Position numbers and translations under genes: made by a program
Shown: positions 10,396-19,978 of the stretch, piece by piece
Layout of the letters: the number at the start of each line of letters is the position of its first letter
Numbering within the stretch: position 1 is the stretch's first letter
Notes under the pieces: generated by a model
The model's input: only the letters and a program-made list of their open reading frames with translations
Database searches by the model: none
Told to the model about the DNA's origin: nothing
DNA from: Vulcanimicrobiota bacterium
Lineage (GTDB): Bacteria; Vulcanimicrobiota; Vulcanimicrobiia; Vulcanimicrobiales; Vulcanimicrobiaceae
Assembly: GCA_963795855.1 (NCBI GenBank)
Contig: CAWCIZ010000002.1
Location: 416,001-480,000 of the forward strand
DNA length: 64,000 nt
Direction of reading: 5' to 3'

Positions 10396-11724
10396 GTGGC
10401 AAAAGCGCGATCGGTCTACTTCTGCTCGGGATGCGGCTTCGAGTCGCCGCGTTGGCTCGGACGCTGTCCGCAGTGCGAAGCGTGGAACACGTTTGACGAA
10501 CGGCCGATGCGCGTCGTGGCGGCGCGCGCCGCGGCGACGGCGCCGCTGCGCAGCGAGTCCGGTCCGGTTTTGCTTCGCGACGTCGACGAAGCGCGCGTCG
10601 AACGCATGCGGACAGGTCTGGACGAATTCGACGCGGTGCTCGGCGGCGGCATCGTGCCCGGAAGTCTGACGCTCGTCGGCGGACCGCCGGGTGCGGGGAA
10701 GTCAACGCTGGTGCTGCAGATCGCGGGTGCGCTCGGCGGCAGCGTCGTGTATTTGTGCGGCGAAGAATCGGCCGCGCAGGTAAAGCTGCGCGCGCAGCGG
10801 CTGGGCGTGGTCGCCGACGTCTTGGTATTCGCCGAAACGAATCTGCGCACGGTGTTGGATCATCTCGAGAAGCATCCGCCGAGCGTGCTGATCGTCGACT
10901 CCATTCAAACGGTGTGGCTGCCCGAATCGGAATCGTACGCCGGAAGCGTGACGCAAGTGCGCGATTGCACGCAAGCCGTCATGGAGTTTTCGAAACGCAC
11001 GGGATGCGCGACGTTCATCGTGGGCCACGTCACGAAAGAAGGCACGATCGCCGGCCCGCGCCTGCTCGAACATCTCGTCGATACGGTGCTGTACTTCGAA
11101 GGCGAAGCGAACGGCGACTACCGCATTTTGCGCGCGTACAAGAACCGGTTCGGCAGCGTCGACGAGATCTGCGTGTTCGCGATGCACGGCGACGGTCTGC
11201 ACGAGGTGGGCAACCCGTCCGAAATTTTCTTGGCGCGGTCGGGACGCAACGACGCGGCGCAACCGTCTCGAACCGGCTCGTGCGTCGTGGCGAGCATCGT
11301 CGGCTCGCGCCCGGTGCTCGTGGAAGTGCAGGCGCTCGTCGGCGAAAGCAGCTACGGAACCCCGCGCCGTCTTGCGAACAACGTCGATCAAGCGCGCCTG
11401 GCGATGATTATCGCGGTGCTGGAGCGCCGCGCCGGTCTGCATCTGGGCGCGCACGACATCTATGCATCCGTCGCGGGCGGCTTGCGCATTCAAGAACCCG
11501 CGGCCGACTTGGGCATCGCGCTCGCAATCGCGTCGTCGTTTCGAAATCGCGCTCTTGCCGCAGACGCGGTCGCATTCGGCGAACTCGGGCTCTCCGGTGA
11601 AGTGCGCGCCGTCAATGCGGCCTCACGCCGTATCGCCGAAGCGAACAAACTCGGCTATCGCACGCTCTACACGCCGCAAAACTGCGCGGACGTCGCACGA
11701 GCGATCGACGCCGCATGCTCTTAG
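10396..11724 (+). CDS. radA: DNA repair protein RadA/Sms
   Basis: C4 zinc finger CSGCG..WLGRCPQC, Walker A GPPGAGKST, KNRFG motif, Lon-like C-terminus. Confidence 0.97.
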   Translation: MAKARSVYFCSGCGFESPRWLGRCPQCEAWNTFDERPMRVVAARAAATAPLRSESGPVLLRDVDEARVERMRTGLDEFDAVLGGGIVPGSLTLVGGPPGAGKSTLVLQIAGALGGSVVYLCGEESAAQVKLRAQRLGVVADVLVFAETNLRTVLDHLEKHPPSVLIVDSIQTVWLPESESYAGSVTQVRDCTQAVMEFSKRTGCATFIVGHVTKEGTIAGPRLLEHLVDTVLYFEGEANGDYRILRAYKNRFGSVDEICVFAMHGDGLHEVGNPSEIFLARSGRNDAAQPSRTGSCVVASIVGSRPVLVEVQALVGESSYGTPRRLANNVDQARLAMIIAVLERRAGLHLGAHDIYASVAGGLRIQEPAADLGIALAIASSFRNRALAADAVAFGELGLSGEVRAVNAASRRIAEANKLGYRTLYTPQNCADVARAIDAACS

Positions 11725-12575
11725 AGTGCGTTCCGAACATCTCCGAAGGACGCGCGACGGAGACGATCGACCGCTGCGCCGAAGCCGTCAGCGCGAGCGG
11801 CGCGCGCGTCCTGCACCGGACGAGCGACGCCGTTCACAACCGCAGCGTGCTCACCATCGCCGGCGGCTTCGATGAATTGCGTAAGGCCGCGGTTGCGCTG
11901 GCCGCGATCACCATCGAACGCATCGACCTGCGCGCGCACAGCGGCGTTCATCCGCGTATCGGCGCGCTGGACGTGCTGCCCTTCGTCCCGCTGCGCGATG
12001 CGGACATGGCCGACGCCGTCGGTCTCGCGCGCGAAACCGCGGCCGCGATTTGGGAGCGTTTCCGCGTACCTTCCTTCTTATACGGGGAGGCCGCGGCGAC
12101 GCCGTTGCGGCGAAATCTCGCCGCGGTCCGTCAAGGACAGTTCGAAGGCCTCGACGTCCGGTTCGAACTTCCGGACTGGCGGCCGGATTTCGGCGACGTC
12201 GCCAAACATCCGACCGCAGGCGCAATCGCCGTGGGCGCTCGGTCCATTCTCATCGCGTTTAACGTCGAACTCGCAACCGGGGACCTGGGCGTCGCGAAGC
12301 GCATCGCTCGCACCTTGCGCGAGCGAGACGGCGGCCTGCGGACGCTCAAGGCGCTGGGTCTGCGCTTGAGCGACGAGGTGGTCCAAGTCTCGCTCAACGT
12401 CACGGATTACCGCGCCACCCCGCTCTACCGCATCGTGGAACTCATTCGGGGCCTTGCAAGCCAAGCGGGCGTCGGCGTACTGCGTTCGGAATTGATCGGA
12501 TGCATGCCCTACGCCGCCGTGGAAGAATCCGCACTTTATTATCTCGGCGTGAGCCCGATGGAGAACCCGCAATGA
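11715..12575 (+). CDS. ftcD: glutamate formimidoyltransferase (FT domain only)
   Basis: LECVPNISEGR, D..HNRSV, HPRIGALDVLPFVP, GAR..LIAFNV, SELIG. Confidence 0.93.
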   Translation: MLLECVPNISEGRATETIDRCAEAVSASGARVLHRTSDAVHNRSVLTIAGGFDELRKAAVALAAITIERIDLRAHSGVHPRIGALDVLPFVPLRDADMADAVGLARETAAAIWERFRVPSFLYGEAAATPLRRNLAAVRQGQFEGLDVRFELPDWRPDFGDVAKHPTAGAIAVGARSILIAFNVELATGDLGVAKRIARTLRERDGGLRTLKALGLRLSDEVVQVSLNVTDYRATPLYRIVELIRGLASQAGVGVLRSELIGCMPYAAVEESALYYLGVSPMENPQ

Positions 12576-13033
12576 CCACTGCGCAGCCTTCGGTTCCTTT
12601 GCCGACGCTCGACATGGAAAACAATCCGCTCGTCGACGACGTCAATGCGATGCACCAAAAGCAGCTCAGCGCGACGGAAAAGATCTGCCGCAAAATCGCG
12701 GACGCCACGGGCGCGCCTGTGTCGCTGCTGCTGGCGATCGTCGTGCAGTTCATTTGGATCGGCCTCGGCGCCGCCACGCATTGGGATCCGTTTCCCTTCG
12801 TCTTCTTGCTGACGTGTTCCAACGTGCTGCAGCTCATCCTCATCTTCGTCATCGCTGTGGCGCAGAAGCAGCAGACGCAGCACGACGAATTGCGCGCCGA
12901 GGCGGATCACGATTCCATTTCGCGCTTGCTCTACCATCAGCAGCTGCAGAACGAACTGCTCGTGCGCATCGCCGAGCGCTGCGGCGCCGACGTGGCCGAT
13001 CTCAAATCCGCAGCGGCGACGCTCGCAGGATGA
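12572..13033 (+). CDS. DUF1003-like membrane protein
   Basis: Two TM helices flanking WDPFPFVFL; RAEAD motif. Confidence 0.8.
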   Translation: MTTAQPSVPLPTLDMENNPLVDDVNAMHQKQLSATEKICRKIADATGAPVSLLLAIVVQFIWIGLGAATHWDPFPFVFLLTCSNVLQLILIFVIAVAQKQQTQHDELRAEADHDSISRLLYHQQLQNELLVRIAERCGADVADLKSAAATLAG

Positions 13034-15723
13034 AGCGCTTTTTCGTTTGTCTGTTTGCCGGCTGCGCGCTGCTTTTCGCGCCGCTTGCCGCGCAGTCCCA
13101 ACCGGCCGACGAAGGCATCGGCGATCGCGGCGTCTATCAAACCCGCCTCTCAAACGGCCTGCAGGTGATCGTCGTCGAAGATCGTGCCGCGCCGGTCGTG
13201 CACACGTCGATGTGGTACCGCTTCGGCTCGCTGTATGAGACGCCCGGAAAGACGGGCTTGGCTCACGCGCTGGAGCACATGATGTTCCGCGGAACGCCGA
13301 GCCTGAGCGCGGGAGGGCTCGACGACGTGATCGCGCGCCTGGGCGCGCAGATGAACGGCGAAACGCAGTACGATTACACGTCCTTCCTGTTCGACATGCC
13401 CGCCGATCGCCTCAACGTCGCACTGCAGATCGAGGCGGACCGCATGCAGCATTTGGCGATTCGACCGCAAGACTGGCATGTCGAGCAGCGCGCCGTGCTC
13501 AACGAAATCGACGGCGACGAAAGCTCGCCGTTCTTCAATCTGCTCTCGCGCGTGCGCGCCGCTGCCTATCCGGGCGTGCCCGCGGGCCGTACGCCGACCG
13601 GAGTTCGTTCCGACGTTGCGAACGCGCAAGCGTCGGACATCCGCCGCTATTACGACGAATGGTACGCGCCGAACAATGCTGCGCTCGTCGTCGCCGGCGA
13701 CGTCAAGCACGAGGCGGTGTTCGCGCTGGCGCGGCGGTACTTCGCCGGGATTCACGCGCGGCAGCTCCCGCAGCACGTTTCCCGCCATCCGGTTGCAGCT
13801 ACCGGCAAAACGGTGAACGCGGAATTCCCGTTTCCGTTTGAAGTGCTCGACATGGCGTACGCGATTCCGGGCGATACGGAACGCGGCGAGCCCGCGGTGA
13901 GCACGCTCTCAAACCTCATTCCGAACGAACGTGGGCCCTTCTATCAGGCGCTCGTCGCCGGAAACGTCGCGCTCGCAATCGATGCCAACGCCGACACGCA
14001 GCTGCGCGGCGGACTCATGCATGTTTTCATCGTGCTCAATCCGGGTCACAGCGGCGCGGAGGCGCAGCAGATCTTTCAAAACACGATGAACGCCGCGCTG
14101 GCGCATGGGTTCGACACGGACCTGGTGGCTGCGGCAAAGCGTCAGGCGCTCGCGGAGCGCGCGTACGATGCGGATTCGATCGGCGGATACGGCGACTTGG
14201 TGGGGTATACGTACGCCGTCGTGCACGAACGGGATCGCGATGAAGATGCGCGTCTTGCCGCGCTTACGCCGGCCGACGTGCTCGCAGCAGCGCGGACGTA
14301 TCTCGCGAAACCGAACGTCGTCGGACATCTCACGCCGAACGATCGCCCGGGCGGGTCCTCGCAAAAGAGCAGCGCCGGCGCATCCGACAACTTCAGCGGC
14401 CGCGTTCCGAGCGGGCCGATGGTCGAGCCTGCCTCCATGCGCGCCGAAGTGCAAAAGCCGACCGGTGCGCGAAGCAATTTGGCTCCGGTCGAGTTTACGC
14501 TCGCCAACGGCGTGCGCGTCATCGTGCAAGAGAAGCACGATCGCCCGACCGTGTACATCGGCGGCGCGATAGACTCGTCACCCGCATTCGTCCCGCCGGG
14601 AAAAGAAGGCATCGCGCGATTAGCCGACGCCATGGCCGATTTCGGCAGCGAACATTACGATTTCAACCAATTGCGCAAAGCCACGGACGACATCGGCGCT
14701 TCCGTCTCACTCGGTCAATCGTTCGCGGCGCACGGGTTCGCGAACGATTTCGAAACGCTGCTCGGCATACTCGCCGACAGCGAAGAGCACCCGACATTCC
14801 CGGCGCGATGGCTTACGCTGCAGCAGTCGCAGTCTGCGAACAGCATCGACAGCGAAAACAGCATTTCCGGTGTGCTGGTAGATCGCGCGTACTTGCAGCA
14901 CCTGCTCTCGCCGGAGGATCCCGCCCTTCGCTATGCGACCCAAGGGTCCGTCAACTCCATTACGCGCGACGATCTGCTTGCGTATACGCAGCGCTATTGG
15001 CGTCCGGATCTCACGACGATCGCTATCGTTGGCGACATTACGCCGGAGCGCGCGCGCCGCGCGATGCAAGCCGCATTCGGAAGTTGGAGCAACGACGGCC
15101 CGAAGCCGTCCGTCACGCAGCTCCCGCTGCCCGCGGCGCATACCGGGCATGCCTACATCGGCACCGCCGCCAATCAAGTGTTCATGCAGCTCGGACAGCC
15201 GGCGGTTTCGCGAACCAGTCCCGACTACGACGCGTTTTCGCTGCTGACCGAGATCATCGGCGGCCCGGGCTACTTCGAGTCGCGCTTGTGGCAGGAACTT
15301 CGCCAAAAACGCGGTTTGGTGTACGGCGTGAGCAGCCGGATGAAGGCCGACCGCGATCGCGGCGACTTGGAAATCATGCTCAATGCTTCTCCGCAAAACG
15401 TCGAGCCGTCGATCGGGATCGTACGCGACCAGCTCGAACGGCTGCGCACGCAGCCTGTGTCGCAAACGGAGCTGCAAGACGCGAAAATTCGTCTGGTGTC
15501 GTCCGCGCTTCTGAGCGAAGCGTCGGCGAGCGGTCAGCTCGATCAAATCTCGGAGATCGCGCAAAACGGCTTGCCGCTGGATTATTACCGGACGCTCGCG
15601 CAGCGTTACGCGACAATCACGCCCACGGACATCCAGCGCGTCGCCAAAGCGTATTTGCGCCCCGACCGCTTGATCGAGGTCTTTTCCGGACCCGAGGGGC
15701 CATGGGCGAATCAGGGCCTGTAA
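13030..15723 (+). CDS. M16 family (pitrilysin-like) zinc protease, secreted, two fused halves
   Basis: Signal peptide; LSNGL; GLAHALEHMMFRGT (HXXEH); second LANG repeat; SRL..ELR.KRGLVY. Confidence 0.93.
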   Translation: MKRFFVCLFAGCALLFAPLAAQSQPADEGIGDRGVYQTRLSNGLQVIVVEDRAAPVVHTSMWYRFGSLYETPGKTGLAHALEHMMFRGTPSLSAGGLDDVIARLGAQMNGETQYDYTSFLFDMPADRLNVALQIEADRMQHLAIRPQDWHVEQRAVLNEIDGDESSPFFNLLSRVRAAAYPGVPAGRTPTGVRSDVANAQASDIRRYYDEWYAPNNAALVVAGDVKHEAVFALARRYFAGIHARQLPQHVSRHPVAATGKTVNAEFPFPFEVLDMAYAIPGDTERGEPAVSTLSNLIPNERGPFYQALVAGNVALAIDANADTQLRGGLMHVFIVLNPGHSGAEAQQIFQNTMNAALAHGFDTDLVAAAKRQALAERAYDADSIGGYGDLVGYTYAVVHERDRDEDARLAALTPADVLAAARTYLAKPNVVGHLTPNDRPGGSSQKSSAGASDNFSGRVPSGPMVEPASMRAEVQKPTGARSNLAPVEFTLANGVRVIVQEKHDRPTVYIGGAIDSSPAFVPPGKEGIARLADAMADFGSEHYDFNQLRKATDDIGASVSLGQSFAAHGFANDFETLLGILADSEEHPTFPARWLTLQQSQSANSIDSENSISGVLVDRAYLQHLLSPEDPALRYATQGSVNSITRDDLLAYTQRYWRPDLTTIAIVGDITPERARRAMQAAFGSWSNDGPKPSVTQLPLPAAHTGHAYIGTAANQVFMQLGQPAVSRTSPDYDAFSLLTEIIGGPGYFESRLWQELRQKRGLVYGVSSRMKADRDRGDLEIMLNASPQNVEPSIGIVRDQLERLRTQPVSQTELQDAKIRLVSSALLSEASASGQLDQISEIAQNGLPLDYYRTLAQRYATITPTDIQRVAKAYLRPDRLIEVFSGPEGPWANQGL

Positions 15724-17090
15724 TCGTCACGATCAACCCGGCGACCGGCGGCGAACTCGAGCGCTTTTCGTACATGAGCGCCGCTGAAATCGACGCGCGG
15801 TTGGACGCGGCACGCGCGGCTTTTCTTTCGTGGCGCCGCGTGCACGTCCCGGATCGCGCGGCGCTCCTGAGTTCGCTTGCAGCCACGCTGCGCGCAAACG
15901 CGGAGCCGCTCGCTCAGACGGCGGTGCGCGAGATGGGCAAGCCAATCGTTCAAGCGCGCGCGGAAGTCGAAAAATGTGCTTGGTGCTGCGAGTTCTTCGC
16001 ACAGCGGGCCCCGTCCATGCTCGCGGATCGCGAGGTGCGCCTCGACGGCGCGCAGAGTTACGTCGCTCTGCGACCGCTCGGGGTCATCTTCGCAATCATG
16101 CCGTGGAACTTTCCGTACTGGCAAGTCTTTCGCGCCGCGGTTCCCGCGCTCGCGGCAGGCAATGCCATCGTGCTCAAGCATGCCGACGGAACGACTCGCT
16201 GCGGTGTGGAGATCGAGCGGATCTTTCGCGAAGCCGGCGCGCCCGAGAATCTGTTTCAGACCCTGCTCATCGACCACGACGCCGCCGATGCGCGAATCTC
16301 GGACGAACGCATTGCCGCGGTTACATTGACGGGAAGCGAGCGCGCGGGCGTTTCCGTCGCATCCGCCGCCGGACAAGCGCTCAAGAAATCGGTTCTGGAG
16401 CTCGGCGGTTCGGATCCGTTCATCGTGCTCGCCGATGCGGACGTCGACCTGGCAGTCGAAAACGCGGTGAAGTCGCGCTTTCAAAACAACGGTCAGAGCT
16501 GCATCGCCGCCAAGCGCTTTATCATCGAAGAGGGCGTTTACGAACGCTTCCTGCGCAACTTCGGGGCGGCGGCGGCGGAGCAGCGCGTGGGCGATCCGCA
16601 AGACGAGCACACGCAAATCGGTCCCGTCGCGCGCGCAGATCTGCGCGATGCGATCTATCGCCAAGTGACGGACACGGTGGTCGACGGAGGCCGCATCGTC
16701 ACCGGCGGCGCGCCGCTCGAACGCGCCGGGTTCTTCTTTCAGCCGACCGTCGTTGCAGACGTCGACCTTTCGTCGCCGATGTTCCGCGAGGAAACGTTCG
16801 GGCCCGCGGCGGCGGTAATGAAAGCGCGGGACGACGAGCACGCGATCGAACTCGCGAACGCGACGGCTTTCGGTCTAGGCGCAAACATTTGGACGCGCGA
16901 CGTTGCGCATGCGGCACGCATGGCGGCGTTGCTCGAAGCCGGCATGGTGTTCGTGAACGGCATGGTCGCAAGCGACCCGCGTCTGCCGTTCGGCGGCGTC
17001 AAACGCAGCGGCTACGGCAGAGAACTCTCCGACCTCGGGCTGCACGAATTCGTCAACGAGCAAACCGTCTGGATTGCAGCCCCGGAGTAG
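15702..17090 (+). CDS. NAD(P)-dependent succinate-semialdehyde dehydrogenase (Sad/GabD1-like)
   Basis: [54 protein letters not shown]. Confidence 0.92.
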   Translation: MGESGPVIVTINPATGGELERFSYMSAAEIDARLDAARAAFLSWRRVHVPDRAALLSSLAATLRANAEPLAQTAVREMGKPIVQARAEVEKCAWCCEFFAQRAPSMLADREVRLDGAQSYVALRPLGVIFAIMPWNFPYWQVFRAAVPALAAGNAIVLKHADGTTRCGVEIERIFREAGAPENLFQTLLIDHDAADARISDERIAAVTLTGSERAGVSVASAAGQALKKSVLELGGSDPFIVLADADVDLAVENAVKSRFQNNGQSCIAAKRFIIEEGVYERFLRNFGAAAAEQRVGDPQDEHTQIGPVARADLRDAIYRQVTDTVVDGGRIVTGGAPLERAGFFFQPTVVADVDLSSPMFREETFGPAAAVMKARDDEHAIELANATAFGLGANIWTRDVAHAARMAALLEAGMVFVNGMVASDPRLPFGGVKRSGYGRELSDLGLHEFVNEQTVWIAAPE

Positions 17091-18487
17091 CGGCCGAAAT
17101 TGCGGCGCCGGCCGCCAGCAGCAATCCGGCCCACGTGAGAGCGCGCAGCGCCCACGTAATGGCGCTGCCCGTTGAGAGCGCGCCTTGCACCGCAGCGCGC
17201 CAAGTTGCCTGCGGGTAGAGCGGATCGAGCGGCGCTGCTGCTGCGGCTGCGGCGCGCAAGACGTGCGCGGCATGCGCGTTGAACGCGGGCGCAAAGAAAA
17301 GCAGCGCGCACGCGGCCGCGGCACATACGAACGCGCTCGCCGTGCGCTTGCCGCCGAGTTGCCACACCTCGTAAAACACGACGAGCGCGGCAGTCGCCGG
17401 GAACGCGGCACGCAATCCGCCGTCGAGCACCGTATACCACGGAACCGATAGCAGTACGATGGAAACGAGCAGGATCGCGCGCGTGCGCGTATCGTGCCGA
17501 AATAACAGCAAGGCGAGCGGAAGGGCGGCGAAGACCTCGGTGACGTGCATGAACGTTCCGCCGATAGCCGCGAACGCGGCGGGCACGGCGACCAAAAACG
17601 CGTCGTCGTCAAAACGCTCCGAGAGTATCTTTCCGATCGCAACGCTCGCGCCGATTCCGCCGATATAAGCGATGGCGCCCGCGCGCAGCGCGGCCTGTTC
17701 GGAAACGTTGAAGGCATGCAGCAGCGCAGAAAGGCTGATCTGCGCGTCCGAGGTGAGTTCGGATCGAGCGTGCAGCGGAAGCACCGTGACGGCGTACTCG
17801 ACCGTTTCCCGCCATCCACCGGCAACGACGCATAGTGCGAGCAGCGCGCCGGCGCTCGCGAGTATTGAAACGCGCGCCGAGCGGTTCCAAACGGCCAGCG
17901 CGACGCATATCGGCAATCCGAGGTGCGGTTCGACCAACGTCGCCGCCGCGGCAACGCCGGCCAGGCCCCATTTGCCGCGCTGCGCGCAGAGCGCCGCCGT
18001 GCAGCACGCAGTCTGCAAAGAGCGGAAAGATTTGCCCGAACGCGAGCGACGGCAACATGAGCGATGCTGCGAAGGCGATGAAGACGACGCCAGGCGGCGC
18101 GCCCGTCACGAGCACCGCCGCGATCAACAGCAGTGCGATCGCCGCGCCGAGCAGCGCGCCCCACAGTGATTTCGCCATCGCGAACGGCACGCGCGACAAT
18201 ACCGAGAACGCTGCGATGTCATAAAGCGGCTGAGGCGCCGGAAGCGCGGCGCCCCGCGGCAGCGCGGCATACGTTCCGTCCGTCAGCCGGTGTTCGCACG
18301 CGGAAAGCGGCTCCGCATGATACGGATCGGCGCCGCCGCGCAGCGCGGCTCCGGCGCAGTAAAACGCTTGAAAGTCGTACGCGCCTCGGTGTGCGTCGCC
18401 GAGCAGGACGAAGCCGAGCGCCGCGCCCGCGAGCACCAGCGCAGCCGCAATCGCTCGTCTTTGTGGAAGACGGGTTTTCAAAGGCAC
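17053..18487 (-). CDS. GT87-like polytopic membrane glycosyltransferase (frameshift near 18010)
   Basis: DFQAFYCAG near the N-terminus, AP.P.Y, GQ, EPHLGLP; multiple TM segments across two frames. Confidence 0.7.
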
Positions 18488-18568
18488 TTCTCTGGCAATA
18501 TCGGACGTCCGGAAAAACGGCCTTAGGCGCCGTTAGCGGGCGTGTTCCCGTGCCGCTACCCCAAAATC

Positions 18569-19545
18569 GCCTTTTCTGCGAAAACCCAACGCGTCGGGTT
18601 TTGGGAAAAACGGCAAATCACTTGGAACTGAAGAGCAGCGCGTGTTTCTGAGGCGCCGGGGTTGCGTTGCCGCGCTGCTGCTGCTGCTCTATGAGGAGAC
18701 CTGTCCTGCGCCAGCGTGAGGCGACCTCTGAAAAGGGCATTTCTGCGATAACCCAACGCGTCGGGTTTTTGCAAAAAATGCAAAAATGACGTAGGCAGCG
18801 TCGTCAGGCTGAAGCGGTGCGCGATCGCTACGGACTGCCGTGTCCGTGCGAACTTCGTCGGGAGTTGGGATTTATTTTTGGTCGTCGTCGTAATAACCAA
18901 CGCGTTGGCTTTTGCGAAAAACGCCAAATCAGGTTGGAACCGGAGAGCAGCGTGCGTTTCTGAGGCGCAGGCGGTTGCGTTGCCGCGGCTGCTGCTGATA
19001 AGGCCGGTCCTGCGTCAGCGTGAGGCGACCTCTGAAAACGGCATTCCTGCGAAAACCCAACACGTTGGGTTTTGGGAAAAACGGCAAATCACTTGAACTG
19101 GAGAGCACCGCGCGTCTCTGAGGCGACGCGGTTGCGTTACGCGATGCTGCTATGAGGCCGGTCCTGCGCCAGCGTGAGGCGACCTCTGAAAAGGGCATTT
19201 CTGTGAAAACCCAACGCGTTGGGTTCTGCAAAAAATGCAAAATGACGTAGGCAGCGTCGTCAGGCTGAAGCGCCGCACAGATCGGTATGGACTGCCACGT
19301 CCGTGAAAACTCGGTTCGGAGCTTGGATTTACATTAGGGTCGTCGGTCGTGAAACCCAACGCGTTCGGCTTCTTGCAAAAAATGCAAGATGGTGTTGGCG
19401 ATGTGTCGGGTGAAGCGCTGCACGATCGCTGTGGACTGCCGCGTCCGTGCGAACTTCCGTTCGGAGCTGAGGGATTTACATTTGGGTCGTCGTCGTGATA
19501 ACCCAACGCGTCGGGTTTTTCCGAAAAACGCAAAATGACGTAAGG
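18569..19545. repeat. array of 7 palindromic 22-bp cores with two classes of structured linkers (A-B-A-A-B-B)
   Basis: Cores start at 18581, 18748, 18892, 19052, 19206, 19351 and 19498; consensus AAAACCCAACGCGTTGGGTTTT; period 144-167 bp. Confidence 0.95.
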
Positions 19546-19557
19546 AGGCTCCAGACT

Positions 19558-19971
19558 GTGGAAAAGCCGAAACGTGTACGCTATTCGTATATCACGCGGG
19601 CCACCGCCGCAGCGATGCAGCGTCATCACTCGGCGATCGCCGTACGTGAGGCGAAAGTCGTACGCGGGATGCTCGTTCTGCATATGCGCAACAAGTGCAA
19701 AATCGTGTTCCCTGTGTGCGCCATCAATGAGATTCGCTACGCGCCAAAGGCCGATCTGCGAGAAGTGCAAATCTCAGCGATGCGCGATCGGCTTATCTTT
19801 CCGCGCGTCGGCGCAGAGTTGAGTATAGTCACCTTACTGAAGCGCTTTTTTGGTTCGGCTATTCTCAGCGAAGCAGGGAAAAAGGCCGGCAGTGCTTCGT
19901 CCGAAGCAAAGGCGCAGGCAGCTCGGGCGAACGGCAAAAAGGGCGGAAGACCTTCGAGAAAAACGCCGTAA
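19558..19971 (+). CDS. DUF2442-like protein with basic C-terminal tail (137 aa)
   Basis: SD AAGGAGG at 19542-19548 then GTG; LVLHMRNKCKIVFP..A...L.EVQI..LIFPRVGAELSI..LL..FFG and the AKAQAARANGKKGGRP tail resemble DUF2442 proteins (recognised from memory). Confidence 0.78.
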   Translation: MEKPKRVRYSYITRATAAAMQRHHSAIAVREAKVVRGMLVLHMRNKCKIVFPVCAINEIRYAPKADLREVQISAMRDRLIFPRVGAELSIVTLLKRFFGSAILSEAGKKAGSASSEAKAQAARANGKKGGRPSRKTP

Positions 19972-19978
19972 CTTGGAG

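Noticed and set aside
18581..19519. Integron attC array (the core contains RYYYAAC and GTTRRRY)
   Set aside because: The two boxes are only 2 bp apart within one palindrome instead of bracketing a long stem; three copies read GTCGGG; no cassette ORFs or integrase are seen
18569..19545. CRISPR array
   Set aside because: Linkers are ~125-145 bp and fall into two homologous classes rather than unique 30-40 bp spacers; no cas genes in the window
18556..19770. Repeat-protein ORFs on either strand (KPNALG motifs)
   Set aside because: Several unit lengths are not multiples of 3, frames break between units and no RBS is evident; they are best explained as translations of the DNA repeat
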